Shown piece by piece: positions 19,936-36,380 of a stretch of DNA of 64,000 nucleotides (the stretch's first letter is position 1; each line of letters starts with the position of its first letter). Source of the DNA: the human T2T-CHM13v2.0 reference genome, Homo sapiens. The stretch lies in NCBI RefSeq assembly GCF_009914755.1, contig NC_060931.1; one strand, 5' to 3'. The notes under the pieces are model-generated. The model did no database searches. It had not been told where the DNA came from and saw only the letters and a program-made list of their open reading frames with translations. Made by a program: the position numbers and the translations under genes.

Positions 19936-20824
19936 GAGGCTTGCGACCTCTTGCTTGGAATTTATTCATCCATATAACTTTATTCTTCCACCATCTGGAT
20001 AACTGTGACAATATTGCAGATACACGGTGACGCAGTCATATGGTAGGTGCTATGGATGATGCTTGTATATAATGCATATCATAAAACAATTCCATCTGCA
20101 ATAGATTATGTTCATAATCTTTATGTAGACACACAGATAGGAACCATGCCCGTACATGTATTTCATGTACTACACTATCTCATATATAGAGAACTGTAGT
20201 TATGTAATAAACAAAAATGTGTTTGAAACAGCATGAAATTGAATTTCCTCATCCATAAATTGTATTATATTTATGTCGAAGTTATAGTTCAAGAAATAGA
20301 ACTGCAATGTTGATATTTTTATAAATGATGTCTAATGTATTTCTATTAAGGGGAGATAGATTTGCTCTGCTGAAATGTATTATCATAATAGCCAAACCAT
20401 TTACTCTACCACTGGAAAATAGTGTGGTATTCTGTTTGGAATTTCACTTGCCTGCTCCCAGCCTGCCAGATCTATTGTAAATTATTGTAGGCATCTGTGA
20501 GTTATTTTATAGGAAGCATCCATCTATTTTTATAACTCCAAAAAGCCTGTCACTCTCATTCATCTCCTTGGGAATAAAGCAATAATTTGATTCTCTATAA
20601 ATGTGAACCTGAATTTACACCATCCTCTCCAGTTGGGACTTTAGTGATGTGGGTGATTTATGGCTCTGGGTTTCTGGGGCAAGGCCCTAGGAGATGACAT
20701 CCTGATGTGCTTGTTGTCATTTTCTACTATTTCCACAGAAAAAGGGAGGGGACTCAACCTGCCCCTATTCTATTTAGGGCACAACTATTTGTTCCCTGTC
20801 CATGTAGCCATGTTGAATAGCACT

Positions 20825-22238
<1,414 letters not shown>

Positions 22239-22429
22239 TGAATTATCACTTGAAGGAGGAGATGCCATGAGCAGGAAGGAATCAAGGCTGGAGTGTGTAA
22301 ACCAAAGCACTGGAGAGCCAGGAAGACCAGAGGAAAAATGATGGACCAGGCCAAGCGATGCAGAGACTGGGTCCAGAGGAGCCACTTGAGACAGGTCGGG
22401 TCTTTCTGGCGCCCACACTGTCTTTCCTA

Positions 22430-22756
<327 letters not shown>

Positions 22757-23009
22757 AGCATGCAGAGTGAGGCAACCCATTCCTCAGCTTCAGGACCCAC
22801 AGAGGAACCTGGATTCATGCATAAAACGCCTCTGACATCTCTTTATGATTTTCTCAGTCTGGATGGTTTCTGCTGGGGGCTCCCCCTGATTGGAAACATT
22901 TGTCCTTGAACATCATTTTTGAAGTATTATATACCAGCCTAGCTCAGCAAGAAAATTACTCATGCCAGTGACCATCATTATTGTGGAAGCTCTTACTTAA
23001 ATCAGTTAG

Positions 23010-23692
<683 letters not shown>

Positions 23693-24390
23693 CCTTGACA
23701 ATTTTGACTCTCACCCTTGAAGCTACTGTCTGTAGATATGCAGAATGTCATGGATGGGAACTTCTTCAATGGAGACCCATATGCAACCAGTGTCTGCCTT
23801 ACAGGAAACAAAGTGGTACCCGTTTCACTATTTTCTCATGAATTCCCTTCCCTTTTGAAAATCTAAAAGGAGAATGAGGAGAATGCATTGTGCGTTGGAC
23901 AACTCCACAAATTTTAAAGCATTCAAGTTTAGAAATACAGCTTTGTGCTTTCTCCATGTGACAGAAATGGAAAGAACTAAAACTACATATTTTTCTAAGC
24001 TTGCTTTTAGACTTTTCTTTTTCTAAACTTTCTGGGGGCGCGTTCAGATTCCAGCTCTCCTACAAGAACAACCACGCAGGGAAATTACAAATGTCCATTC
24101 TCCAGATGTAAGAGGCCAAAGGAATGTGCAGATTTCAGTGAAAAGCTATCATTTTTTTTTTAATGTTTTGGCTCTTGTTGACACACATCAAGTTCTCCTT
24201 TTTTTGCTCACCCAGAAAATCAGCCATCTCTTTGGGCTTAAATGGTGATGGGAAATTTGGGGCTCTTTTTGGAACGTTATCAAAGGAAAATTATGCGGGA
24301 GACACAGGGACCAGCTGGGGTGGATGGTCTGAGTCTGAGAACACCTGGGCAGGTTTGGGGTTTGCTCTATGTGACTGGAGGGAGCTCTAA

Positions 24391-24744
<354 letters not shown>

Positions 24745-24861
24745 TAGCAAAGCTGTTAAGATAGGAAGAGATCTATGCTCAGGCAGAAGGGGAGGAGGCA
24801 GGCAGGAATTCTTGTGAACCAGACAAGTAACACATGAGATGAGCTTGAGGAGGTTGGTCGA

Positions 24862-25789
24862 TATTCCAGTTCTAGCTATGTAGCAAATAGCCCAATAGTA
24901 AATGGTTTAAAATAACTGTAATCATTTTATTATCTCTCCTGTGCACCAGGAATTCAGATAGGAAATAGTGTATTATGGGTTGCATTGTGTCCTGCAAAAG
25001 GCATGTTGAAGTCCTTACCCCTGGTGCTTGTGGACATGACCTTATTGGGACATAGAGACTCTGCAGATGTAATCTAGGTAACATGAAGTCATTAGGGCTG
25101 GCCCTAATCCAGTGTGATTCATGTTGTGATAAAGAGAGGGGAAGACACAGATACACAAGGAGAACTCTATGTGATAACAGAGTCAGAAATTAGGATGATG
25201 TAGCTCCAAGCCAAGGAGCCCCAAAGACTGATGGCCACCACCAAAAGCTAGAAAGGAGATGAGGAAGAGGGTTGGATGCAGTGGCCCATGCCTGTGATGC
25301 TAGCACTTTAGGAAGCCGGGACCTGAGAATCGCTAGAGGTTAGGAAATCAAGACCAGCCTGGACGACAAGGCAAGACCCTGTCCATACAAAAAATAATAA
25401 TAATAACAGTTTAACTGGGCATGGTGTCACATGTCTGTAGTCATAGCTACTAAGGAGGTTGAGGTGGAAGGATCACTTGAAGCCAGGAATTTGAGGCTAC
25501 AGTGACCTATGATGGTGTCACTGCATTCCAGTCTGGGTAAGACAGAGGGAGACTCTGTCTCAAAAAAAAAAAAAGATGCAAAGGAAAGTAAAAAAATCCA
25601 GGATGAATTGATAGTCATGATACCCTGGAAGATTTAAACAGCTGGGCTGGAACAGTGAGAGTTTCTTGGGCATTTCTTTCTGTGTATCTACAGTTCCTCT
25701 CCTGGTCTTCCCAGCATGATGGCTTTGAAGACGCCATCCTTCATATGTGTTGGCTCAAGACTCCTAAGATGCATGGAGAGAGAGACTGA

Positions 25790-25831
<42 letters not shown>

Positions 25832-26031
25832 ATATTGCCTGTTATGATCTAACCAGAAGGTCAGGCAGCAACACTGCCATCACATTCCATTGGCCAAGAC
25901 AACTACAGATATTCTCCCAGTTCCAATGACCCCATCTTTCAGTGGAGGATGGTCAACATGACACGCAGGAAGATTGTGGGGGATGAGATTTATACTAATG
26001 TAGTTGTCTTTGGAAAAGACAATTTGTTGCA
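24862..26031. mobile_element. Nested LTRs: old MLT1 (H/G-like, -) interrupted by MLT1C-like (+, about 24970-25268), followed by AluJ (+, 25269-25575); (CA)20 at 25791-25830
   Basis: MLT1C motifs ttatgggttgcattgtgtcc..ctgcagatgtaat..caagccaaggag. Outer MLT1 motifs ctatgtagcaaatagccc..tggtttaaaataac and cacattccattggcc..tctttggaaaagacaat. Confidence 0.65.
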
Positions 26032-26144
26032 GGAATCAATGGGAGATGAGGATCCCATAAAGGGCAAGAGAGTAGATGTTGGCAAACGTGAGATTAATCT
26101 GCTTTGTTTTTTATATTCTTTGCGGGTATTGAAAATGGGATTGA

Positions 26145-26463
<319 letters not shown>

Positions 26464-27031
26464 TGCTGCTTTGTTTTTTAATTCAACAGCTCATGCATGT
26501 TGAAAGCCCAGTGGGAAAGATCCATTTGAGAGGGAAAGGTTGAATAAACAAGAGAGTTAAAGGATTATCGATAAACAGTGCAAAGTACCTGCAAAGACAG
26601 AGGATGGAATCTGAGTACAGGTGTAGGAACTGCCTTAGGAGAAGTCAGGGCTTCTCTAGTGAAATGGGAGGGAAGAAGGGGAGTGTGGAGATGTTTCTTC
26701 AGTTTGAGTTTGCAACCCTGAAGATGAGCAGGTTTGTGGGAGATGGCTCCTGCTTCCTCTGTGCAATGGAAGATGTGGTCATGTGCTGCAAGAAAAAGGC
26801 AGAAGCAAGGTCAGAGGTTTAGGAGAGTTGGCTAAACTGTGAAACACTCACTGTGACTATTGGAATTGCCTTAATCACAGGCACAGAGTCGGGGACCACT
26901 TGTGGGTGGTGATCAGGGCCCATCTTCCCTGCAATAAGGGACCCTAGCAACACTCAGGACATGAGTTTGGGCTGGAGGAGACCCACTCAGGGTTGAGGCT
27001 TTGCCATCTGTGTACAACAAAATGACAGAGG

Positions 27032-27683
<652 letters not shown>

Positions 27684-28079
27684 CATTTCTGAATTTCACA
27701 TGCAAGAAAGTGAGCTGAATGTGGTGTCAGAGAGGAAAGGCAGACAGGAAGGGCAGCTGGCCTAGAGGCGTTACAGTGATGGAGGGTTGTCAGCAGATGA
27801 GCCATGGTGATTTGTGCCCCATGTCACACAAATGCAGTGTTGGAGAACCAGGAGGCCAAAGAGCTTTCCTGGCAGAGGTTGTGGGACTGGCCCCATCTCT
27901 GGGTTCCCTGGCAGCCGGTGCTTCGTGATTACCTTGCTTGTCAATGTGGGACCTGTGTAGTGTCGTCTGCCCCAAGTTCTTCTCAGTGCCCCTCAAAGTC
28001 CTCATCCTACTGATCTTGGCATTCACTTTTTCTCATGATCCCCTGCTCCCTGCTGTAATAACACGGTACTTTCATTTCC

Positions 28080-28372
28080 TTTTTTTTTTTTTGAGACGGA
28101 GTCTCACTCTGTCACCTAGGCTGGAGTGCAGTGGCGCAGTCTCGGCTCACTGCAACCTCCACCTCCCAGGTTCAAATAATTCTCTGCCTCAGCCTTCCGA
28201 GTAGCTGGGACTACAGGCGCACGCCACCATGCCCGGCTAATTTTTGTATTTTTAGTAGAGATGGGGTTTCACCATTATGCCCAGGCTGGTCTCGAACTCC
28301 TGACCTTGTGCTCTGCCTGCCTTGGCCTCCCAAAGTTCTGGGATTACAGGCATGAGCCACCGTGCCCGGCCG
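28080..28372 (-). mobile_element. AluS
   Basis: Dimer with TSD ggta(c/g)tttcatt. Confidence 0.9.
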
Positions 28373-28827
28373 GTAGTTTCATTGCTTATTATGATAGTAG
28401 AAGTCATTTTCTAATTCAGAACACAGGAACAAAACTCATATTCTAGAAGAGATGTGTCACTCTGATAATCCTGGTTGACTCCCTCAAAAGCAGCGGAGTG
28501 TGTCATTAACATGCTGCAGTTGACAATGGGTCATCAGAGATATAGGCAATGCACCCATATAGGCATGGATCTCACATATGTGAAGATGAAATAGCTGTGT
28601 TTAGTATTTCTCTTACCTGGATTTAGTGGTAGTTTTTTGTTTCCAGTGTATTTTGGGGCTTTGTTTGGATGTCTTTTTATTCTTTTTTAATTTAGTAGAT
28701 TTCAGATAGAAAGACCTAGGAGATCCATCCATAGGAATGAGATGTCTCAACAAACTATCTAGAAATATTCTAACATGGACTTGAGATGAAAAGAATCTAT
28801 GGAAATGCCTAGACTTCAATCGGCATG

Positions 28828-29345
28828 CAAACATTTATTGAGCGTCTACTAGGTGCTGGCACTCTGCCAGGCCTGGGGTAATCAGAGGTCTCTGAGTTGT
28901 GGAGACATTAAGTGACTAAGCACACAGAAATGGGCAGTAGCAAATCGGGATAAATGATCAGAAGGAAAAGTACTGAGTGCTATGAGAAAGAACGGGGGGG
29001 ATTGCGTGGTGGGTGGTGGGGGTGGTGTCGGTGGTCTTAGTTGACCTGTCTAGGGAATTGCATGGAAGCATGGCTTGAAAGTGGAAGAAGATAGCCAGGC
29101 ACAGTCCAGGCAGAGAGCAGGACTCATAGGGGCCTCAAGGTCTGGAAAGAAATGGGTTTGTTGAGTTCCAGGACCTGGGGAAGGCCTGTAGCTGAGCAGA
29201 ACAGTGCAGGCTGAGAGTGGTGAGGTTGGAAAGGCAGGAAGAAGCTCAATCTTACAGAGCCTCATGGGACACCATGAGTCTTGGGAACTTTATCTCAACT
29301 TTAATGAGAAATCATTGAAGGGAGAACCACATGATCCCACATGGG
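28828..29345. mobile_element. L2 relic
   Basis: caaacatttattgagcgtctactaggtgctggcactctgccaggc is the L2 3' terminus motif. Confidence 0.65.
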
Positions 29346-29769
29346 TTCAGAACAGACTTGGTTAGGGACAGAGCCTAAGAGGAGACTGACTTGGTCCAAT
29401 TGCATTGGGAAGCCCTGTATTTAAGGGCTTTGCTTTCTTTTATTTAAAGGTTTGTTGCCACCCTCTGACAGTGAACCTCTAAGGGTCTCTGGAGGATGAC
29501 TGCTTGGGCAAAGACAGCCAGAATTGAGGTCTGAGCAGGGCCTGTGAGCCTCACTTGCTGTGAAAGTGTGGTCTTAGCTAGTGTCTCCAGCAGCCCCAAG
29601 TTTGAGTCTTGTTCCACCCCGCATCATTCTGTGTCCTCTTAAAAAATATCCTTCCCTCTACTGGAGCAGCTCTGAATACCAGTCAGGGACCAGCTGAATT
29701 TTAAGCCTAGGCTGTTTCTTCTGCCTGAGTTGAGGACCCTAGAGGGCACTTGGGGGTCACCCATCAGAG

Positions 29770-30188
29770 CAGAATTTCTCACCTAGACATTGATATCTGG
29801 TGGGTAGAGGCCAGGGATGCTTCTAAACATCCTACAACACACAGGATACCCCCCCCACCCCACCTTAAGAAATTACCTAGCCCAAAATGTTGACAAACAT
29901 GCAATAATAATTGCACTATTGCAATTGTGCAGTCATAATTGCACTGTTGACAAATATGCGATAATAATTGCACTATTGCAATTGACATTTTGGGCTAGGT
30001 AATGTCTTATTGTGGGGTAGAGGGTATCCTGTGTGTTGTAGGATGTTTAGCAGCATTTCTGGCCTCTACCCACCAGATAACAGCCATGCCTCACCCCCCA
30101 GCCAAGTTTTAACAACCAAAATATCTTCAGACATGGACAAATATCCCCCAGGAGAGAGGACAAAGTCATCCTTGCTTGGGAACCATGG
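29770..30188. mobile_element. MER20 (hAT) with an internal inverted duplication
   Basis: ttgacattttggg..gtaggatgtttagcagcat..ggcctctacccac..acaaccaaaa..gggaaccatgg matches MER20. An extra inverted copy of the body lies at 29794-29890. Confidence 0.88.
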
Positions 30189-30199
30189 ATTTAGAACAT

Positions 30200-30450
30200 G
30201 ACTTCCCAAGAGGGTAATACGCCCCCCACCTCAAGGAGATAGAACATTAGTTTTGGGGGGCCCAAAATCTTAGATGTTATAGTGGTTTGTAGTTGACCAA
30301 AGGAGCCACAGTGTATAAGCAGATGTACAGCAGATCCATGGTATTGAAATTTCATGGGAAGGAAGGCAATTAGGGAAGGAAAAAAAAAAAAAGTCTAAAG
30401 GCTCCTGGGCAGGAATAGGGGGATGATAATAAAAAAAAAATAAGAAAGAT
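30200..30450. mobile_element. MER112-like hAT relic
   Basis: taagcagatgtacagcagatccatggtattgaaatttcatgg; similar to 58060-58306. Confidence 0.55.
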
Positions 30451-30599
30451 TGATTTAGACCAAGAGAGAGCCAGTTTTTCCTGGAGGATAGGAAACTGGA
30501 TATTGAACTGGGGAACCAGAGGGTACATTGGGAGGATCAGGCAGGGGATTAGCAAGGCACGGAAAACCAGAGACTCATGGTCATAATGACACCTAACTG

Positions 30600-30775
30600 T
30601 AATCACTCCCCACGTGCCCGGTACCGTGCCCAGTGGTCTGAGTGCTCACAGCAACACCATGATGCAGCTGCTCTTATTTATCTCCAACTTTATAGATAGG
30701 AAACAGACAGACACAGATTAAGCAATCAGCAGAGCCGTAATCAGATGTCCAAGTCCAGAGCCAGTGCCCTTTGCC
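30600..30775 (-). mobile_element. MIR
   Basis: gtgcccggtaccgtgc..ctcacagcaacaccatg..ttttatagataggaaacag. Confidence 0.6.
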
Positions 30776-30894
30776 ATGATGGGTCAGGACTGACCTGTGT
30801 CCCTGGAGGAATGGGACCTAAAGGAGCTGATTAGAGGGGTTTGTACCTTGGAGAGTAATTTTGGTTTTTTGTTTGTTTGTTTGTTTTTTCACTC

Positions 30895-31526
30895 TTTTTT
30901 TTTATTTTTCCATAAGTTATTGGGGTACAGGTGGTGTTTGGTTACATGAGTAAGTTCTTTAGTGGTGATTTGTGAGATCATGGTGCACCCATCACCCAAG
31001 CAGTATACACTGCACCATATTTGTTGTCTTTATCCCTCTCCCCACTCCCACTCTTCCCCCCAAGTCCCCAAAGTCCATTGTATCATTCTATGCCTTTGCA
31101 TCCTCAGAGCTTAGCTCCCACGTATCAGTGAGAACATACAATGTTTGGTTTTCCGTTCGTGAGTTACTTAAGTTAGAATAATTGTCTCCAATCTCATCCA
31201 GCTCACTGCAAATGCTGTTAATTTATTCCTTTTTATGGCTGCGTAGTATTCCATCATATATATATCATATATATATGATATATATATCTACCACAGTTTC
31301 TTTATCCACTCGTTGATTGATGAGCATTTGATTGGTTCCATGATTTTGCAATTATAAATTGTGCTGCCGTAAACATGCATGTGCAGGTATCTTTTTTGAA
31401 TAATGACTTCTTTTCTTTGGGTAGATAACAGTAGTGGGACTGCTGGATCAAATGGTAGTTCTACTTTTAGTTCCTTAAGGAATCTCCACACTGTATTCCA
31501 CAGTGGCTGTACTAGTTTACATTCCT
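30895..31526 (-). mobile_element. L1PB1 3' fragment
   Basis: ccataagttattggggtacaggtggtgtttggttacatgagtaagttctttagtggtgatttgtgaga; ORF remnant [14 protein letters not shown]. Confidence 0.9.
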
Positions 31527-31643
31527 TGGGGAGTGATTTGGTATAATGGATTAGTAGAGAGCAGGGGAGATAGGACGGAGACAGAGCTGGGAAGAGAGCA
31601 AAGGGAACACAGGAAAGGGGAGGGGGTGAGTTGGTAGAAAACT

Positions 31644-31940
31644 GGCCACCATACCTGTAATCCAAGCACTTGGGAAGCTGAGGTGGAAAGATCATTTGAG
31701 GACAGGAGCTTGAGACCAGCCTGGGCAACACAGGAAGACCCTGTTTCTAAAAAATATGTATATATAATTAGCCAGGCGTGGTAGTGCTCGCCTGTGGTCC
31801 CAGCTACTTGGGAGACTGGAGCAGGAGGATCAGTTGAGCCCAGGAGTTCAAGGCTGTAACAAGCTAAGATCACACCACTGCACTCCAGCGTGGGCATCAG
31901 AGCAAGACCCTGTCTTTGGGAAAAAAATAAAATAAAATAA
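31644..31940 (+). mobile_element. AluJ
   Basis: Diverged dimer with TSD-like AGAAAACTG. Confidence 0.88.
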
Positions 31941-32979
31941 GAAAACTGAAAATTGGGAAATTACCCAAGAGGGAAGAAGGAGGCAGGGGGTTGAGAGTCC
32001 AAGAAGCATGGAATCAATCAACCTCAGAATTTCAGTGAAATCATGATATGACTTTCTCCTGGTGCCTTTGTGCGGATCTTCCCTCTCCTCTGGCTGCACA
32101 GTGAGATGGGAACAGACTGGGCTGAGCAGCTGCAGATGGAGTCTTTCCAGCTGACCCGTGCAAGACTGGCCTTTGCCATGGCCTTTCACACTTGCTAAGT
32201 GAATCAATATGCTCCCGACTTCCCCCGGGGCCTGTCTTAACTGACTTCTTTCTTGTCCTAAACTTATGATCTTTTCAGGAAGGAATTTTACGACCATCCC
32301 TAATTTTAAAAAATCAAAATGCGTAGAGTATTTCTCACCCAAACTTTTCATCTACAAAGAGAAATGATGCTATTTTATGCCATCTTTTGACAAATATTGC
32401 TCTCTTCTCAGACCCCAAATGTTGGCTCTTTTTATCTTTAGTCTGTGCTGAGGAAGGGCTTTAGATTCCAGTCCTGTTGCTGCAGAGGCAGCTCCCAGCT
32501 CCCAGCACACACCCCAAAACAGATTGACCCTCCTTAACTCTCCTTTGGTAACCTAGGAAGCCAATAAAAGCTGTATCTTTGATGTCTCGGCTTTGAAAAA
32601 GAATTGCTGTAATGTGGCGTAATTGGAGCATTTCAAATTAGGAATGGAATTATGATAATTGACTCTACGTGTTACTGTCTCTAAGATTGTTCTTGCACAC
32701 AGATTCGGTTTTGCTTCTGCACCCTCTCTCTCTCTCCCTCTGCAGCTTCTGGGGGATACACAGGGCCTGTAGCCATGTGGCAGGGGAGGTGACAGGCCAG
32801 ATCATTTTCAGGCTCCCAGATTAATTGTAGATTGTCAGAGGGCCCCAAAAGTTCATGTAGTGTAAACAGTGAAATATCTGTGTGAGTTGTCAGGTGACCT
32901 GGGCTTAAACTCCTCCAGTGACAAGACACTCAACTCCTTCACTACTTCTGCCACTGGACTGATGGGAACACTGGAAATA

Positions 32980-34597
32980 GTGGATACACCTGGTACTATG
33001 CCAAGTGCATATACTGGGTACTGTGCCGAGTCCACACACTAAATGTTATGCTAAGTGCATATACCAGGTACCATGCTTAGTGCATACACTGGATACTATG
33101 CTAAGTGTATATACCAGGTCCTATGCTAAGTGCATACACTGGATACTGTGCTAAGTGCATATACCAGTTACTATGCTAAGTGCATACACTGGATACTATG
33201 CTAAGTGCATACACCAGGTACTATGCTAAGTGCATATACCAGATACTATGCTAAGTGCATATACCAGATACTATGCTAAATGCATATACCAGGTACTATG
33301 TTAAGTGTATACACTGGATATTATGCTAAGTGCATATACTAGATACTATGTTAAGTGCATACACTGGATACTGTGCTAAGTGCATATACCAGTTACTATG
33401 CTAAGTGCATACACTGGATACTATGCTAAGTGCATACACCAGGTACTATGCTAGTGCATATACCAGGTACTATGTTAAGTGCATACACTGGATACTATGC
33501 TAAGTGCATACACTAGATACTATGTTAAGTGCGTACTCTGGATACTATGCTAAGTGCATATACCAGATACTATGCGAAGTGCATATACCAGGTACTATGT
33601 TAAGTGCGTACACTGGATGCCATGCTGAGTGCATACACTAAGTACTATGCTGAGTGCATATGCTGGATACCATGCTAAGTGCATACAGCAGGTACTGTGC
33701 TACGTGCATATGCTGGATACCATGCTAAGTGCATACACCAGGTACTATGCTAAGTGCATACACTGGATACTGCTAAGTGCATGCACTAAGTACTATGCTA
33801 AGTGCATACACTAACTACTATGCTAAGTGCATATGCTGGATACCATGCTAAGTGCATACACTGGATACTATGCTAAGTACATACACCAGGTACTATGCTA
33901 AGTGCCTACAGTGGATACTATGCTAAGTGCATATGCCAGGTACTATGCTAAGTGCATACACTGGATACTATGCTAAGTGCATACACCAGGCACTGTGCTA
34001 AGTGCATACACCAGGTACTGTGCTAAGTGCATACAGTGGATACTATGCTAAGTGCATTTACCAGGCACTATGCTAAGTGCATACAGTGAATACCATACTA
34101 AGTGCATATACCAGGTCCTATGCTAAGTGCATACAGTGGATACTATGCTAAGTGCACATACCAGGTCCTATGCTAAGTGCCTACAGTGGATACTATGCTA
34201 AGTGCATATACCAGGTCCTATGCTAAGTGCATACAGTGGATACCATGCTAAGTGCATATACCAGGTACTATGCTAAGTGCATACAATGGATACTATGCTA
34301 AGCGCATATACCAGATACTATGCTTAGTGCATATGCCAGGTACTATGTTAAGTGCATACAATGGATACTATGCTAAGTGCGTATACGAGGTACTATGCTA
34401 AATGCATACACCAGGTACTATGCTGAGTGCATACACTGGATACTATGATAAGTGCATTCACCAGATTTTATGCTGAGTGCATACAGTAGATACTATGCTA
34501 AATGCATACACCAGGTAGTGTGCTAAGTGCGTACACCAGTACTATGCTAAGTGCATGCACTAGGTGCTGTGCATAAACCAGGTACTATGTTAAGTGC
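32980..34597. repeat. 25-bp minisatellite (about 64 copies), TACTATGCTAAGTGCATA(TACCAGG|CACTGGA), with 50-bp higher-order alternation
   Basis: Direct reading. Two unit variants largely alternate, and both edges are degenerate. Confidence 0.97.
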
Positions 34598-34760
34598 TCA
34601 TTGCCTTATTTCATTCTTAGAACTGACCAATGAACTATTATTCTTATTCTTATTAGCATTTCACAGGCAAGGAAGCTGAGTCATGGTGCTTGCAACAGGA
34701 GGAGCCAGATTTGAACTCAAGCAGTGTGACCCAGCAGGTTCAATTAACTACCATGCGATA
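34578..34760 (-). mobile_element. MIR contiguous with the last minisatellite unit
   Basis: ccaggtactatgttaagtgctc..tatttcatt..catttcacaggcaaggaagctgag..gagccagatttgaactcaagcagtgtgac is colinear with antisense MIR. Confidence 0.75.
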
Positions 34761-35437
34761 CTACCCTATAATTTATCTCACTCAAGCTTTAATACAATGC
34801 TTCCCTGTGGCTCTTATACAGGGCATTGGTTCTGTTCGCTGGAGCTTTATAGCACAAGCCCAAGTCCTCTTCTGTACAACATCCTTCAGATAACTGACCA
34901 CAGTTGCATGTCTCCTCCTCCTTCAGAGTCTTCTACAGGGTAAATGTACCAAGTTCCTCACTGGTCCTCTAATCTAATGCTTCAAGTCTCCTGCTGTTGA
35001 GGTTCTTCTCCTGTCTTGCTCAGAAAAGAACACACCCATCATATGTGGCAAAGAGCAGAGTGCCCCCATTCTAGGACAAGGGTGTGTCCTATCCATTTTT
35101 CTGGAAGCTACACTTAAAGCCTGAAATCGTATCACATTGTGGACAGAGTGAATCACTGCACCTGTTTTCCCACAAACAAATAAATGCTTTGGGGCTGTCC
35201 CTTCAGAAACTACCAGTGAAACTACATTGAGAACACTTAATTCAAGGATATCTTGAAAGCTGGACACATTCTTCACCCTCAAACTTGGCTCGCTCTTGAA
35301 TACTATGCAGTTAAGGAAAATTACACCGGATGCCAGCCTTCCGTTTATTTATTCTTTTGCTCATGTATTCAATATTTACACAGCAAAGGAGTGCCTACTA
35401 GGTTTCCGACAGAGGACTGGGTTCCAGGCATAGAACT

Positions 35438-35788
<351 letters not shown>

Positions 35789-35982
35789 TTACAATAAGGT
35801 GTCATTAGCAAAATAAAACTGATGTGCCCAGGATAATCTGGGGTTAGAGAAGAGGACTCCAGGGTGCAGAATGAATTTTGACTCTGATGGTGTTTCAAGA
35901 GAGAGAATACATAGGAAACAGAAATTCATTTAGCCTAAGGAAGGCTTGATCTAGCCCTAACCCGAATCTACATCATAGCTAA

Positions 35983-36380
<398 letters not shown>

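Noticed and set aside
31848-32351. 167-aa minus-strand ORF, partly non-repetitive
   Set aside because: It has no recognisable domain, ends in Alu sequence, and shows no splice or promoter support.
32980-34597. Regularly spaced quasi-palindromic repeats resembling a CRISPR array
   Set aside because: The linkers are two recurring 7-nt variants rather than unique spacers, there are no cas genes, and the context is a primate intron.
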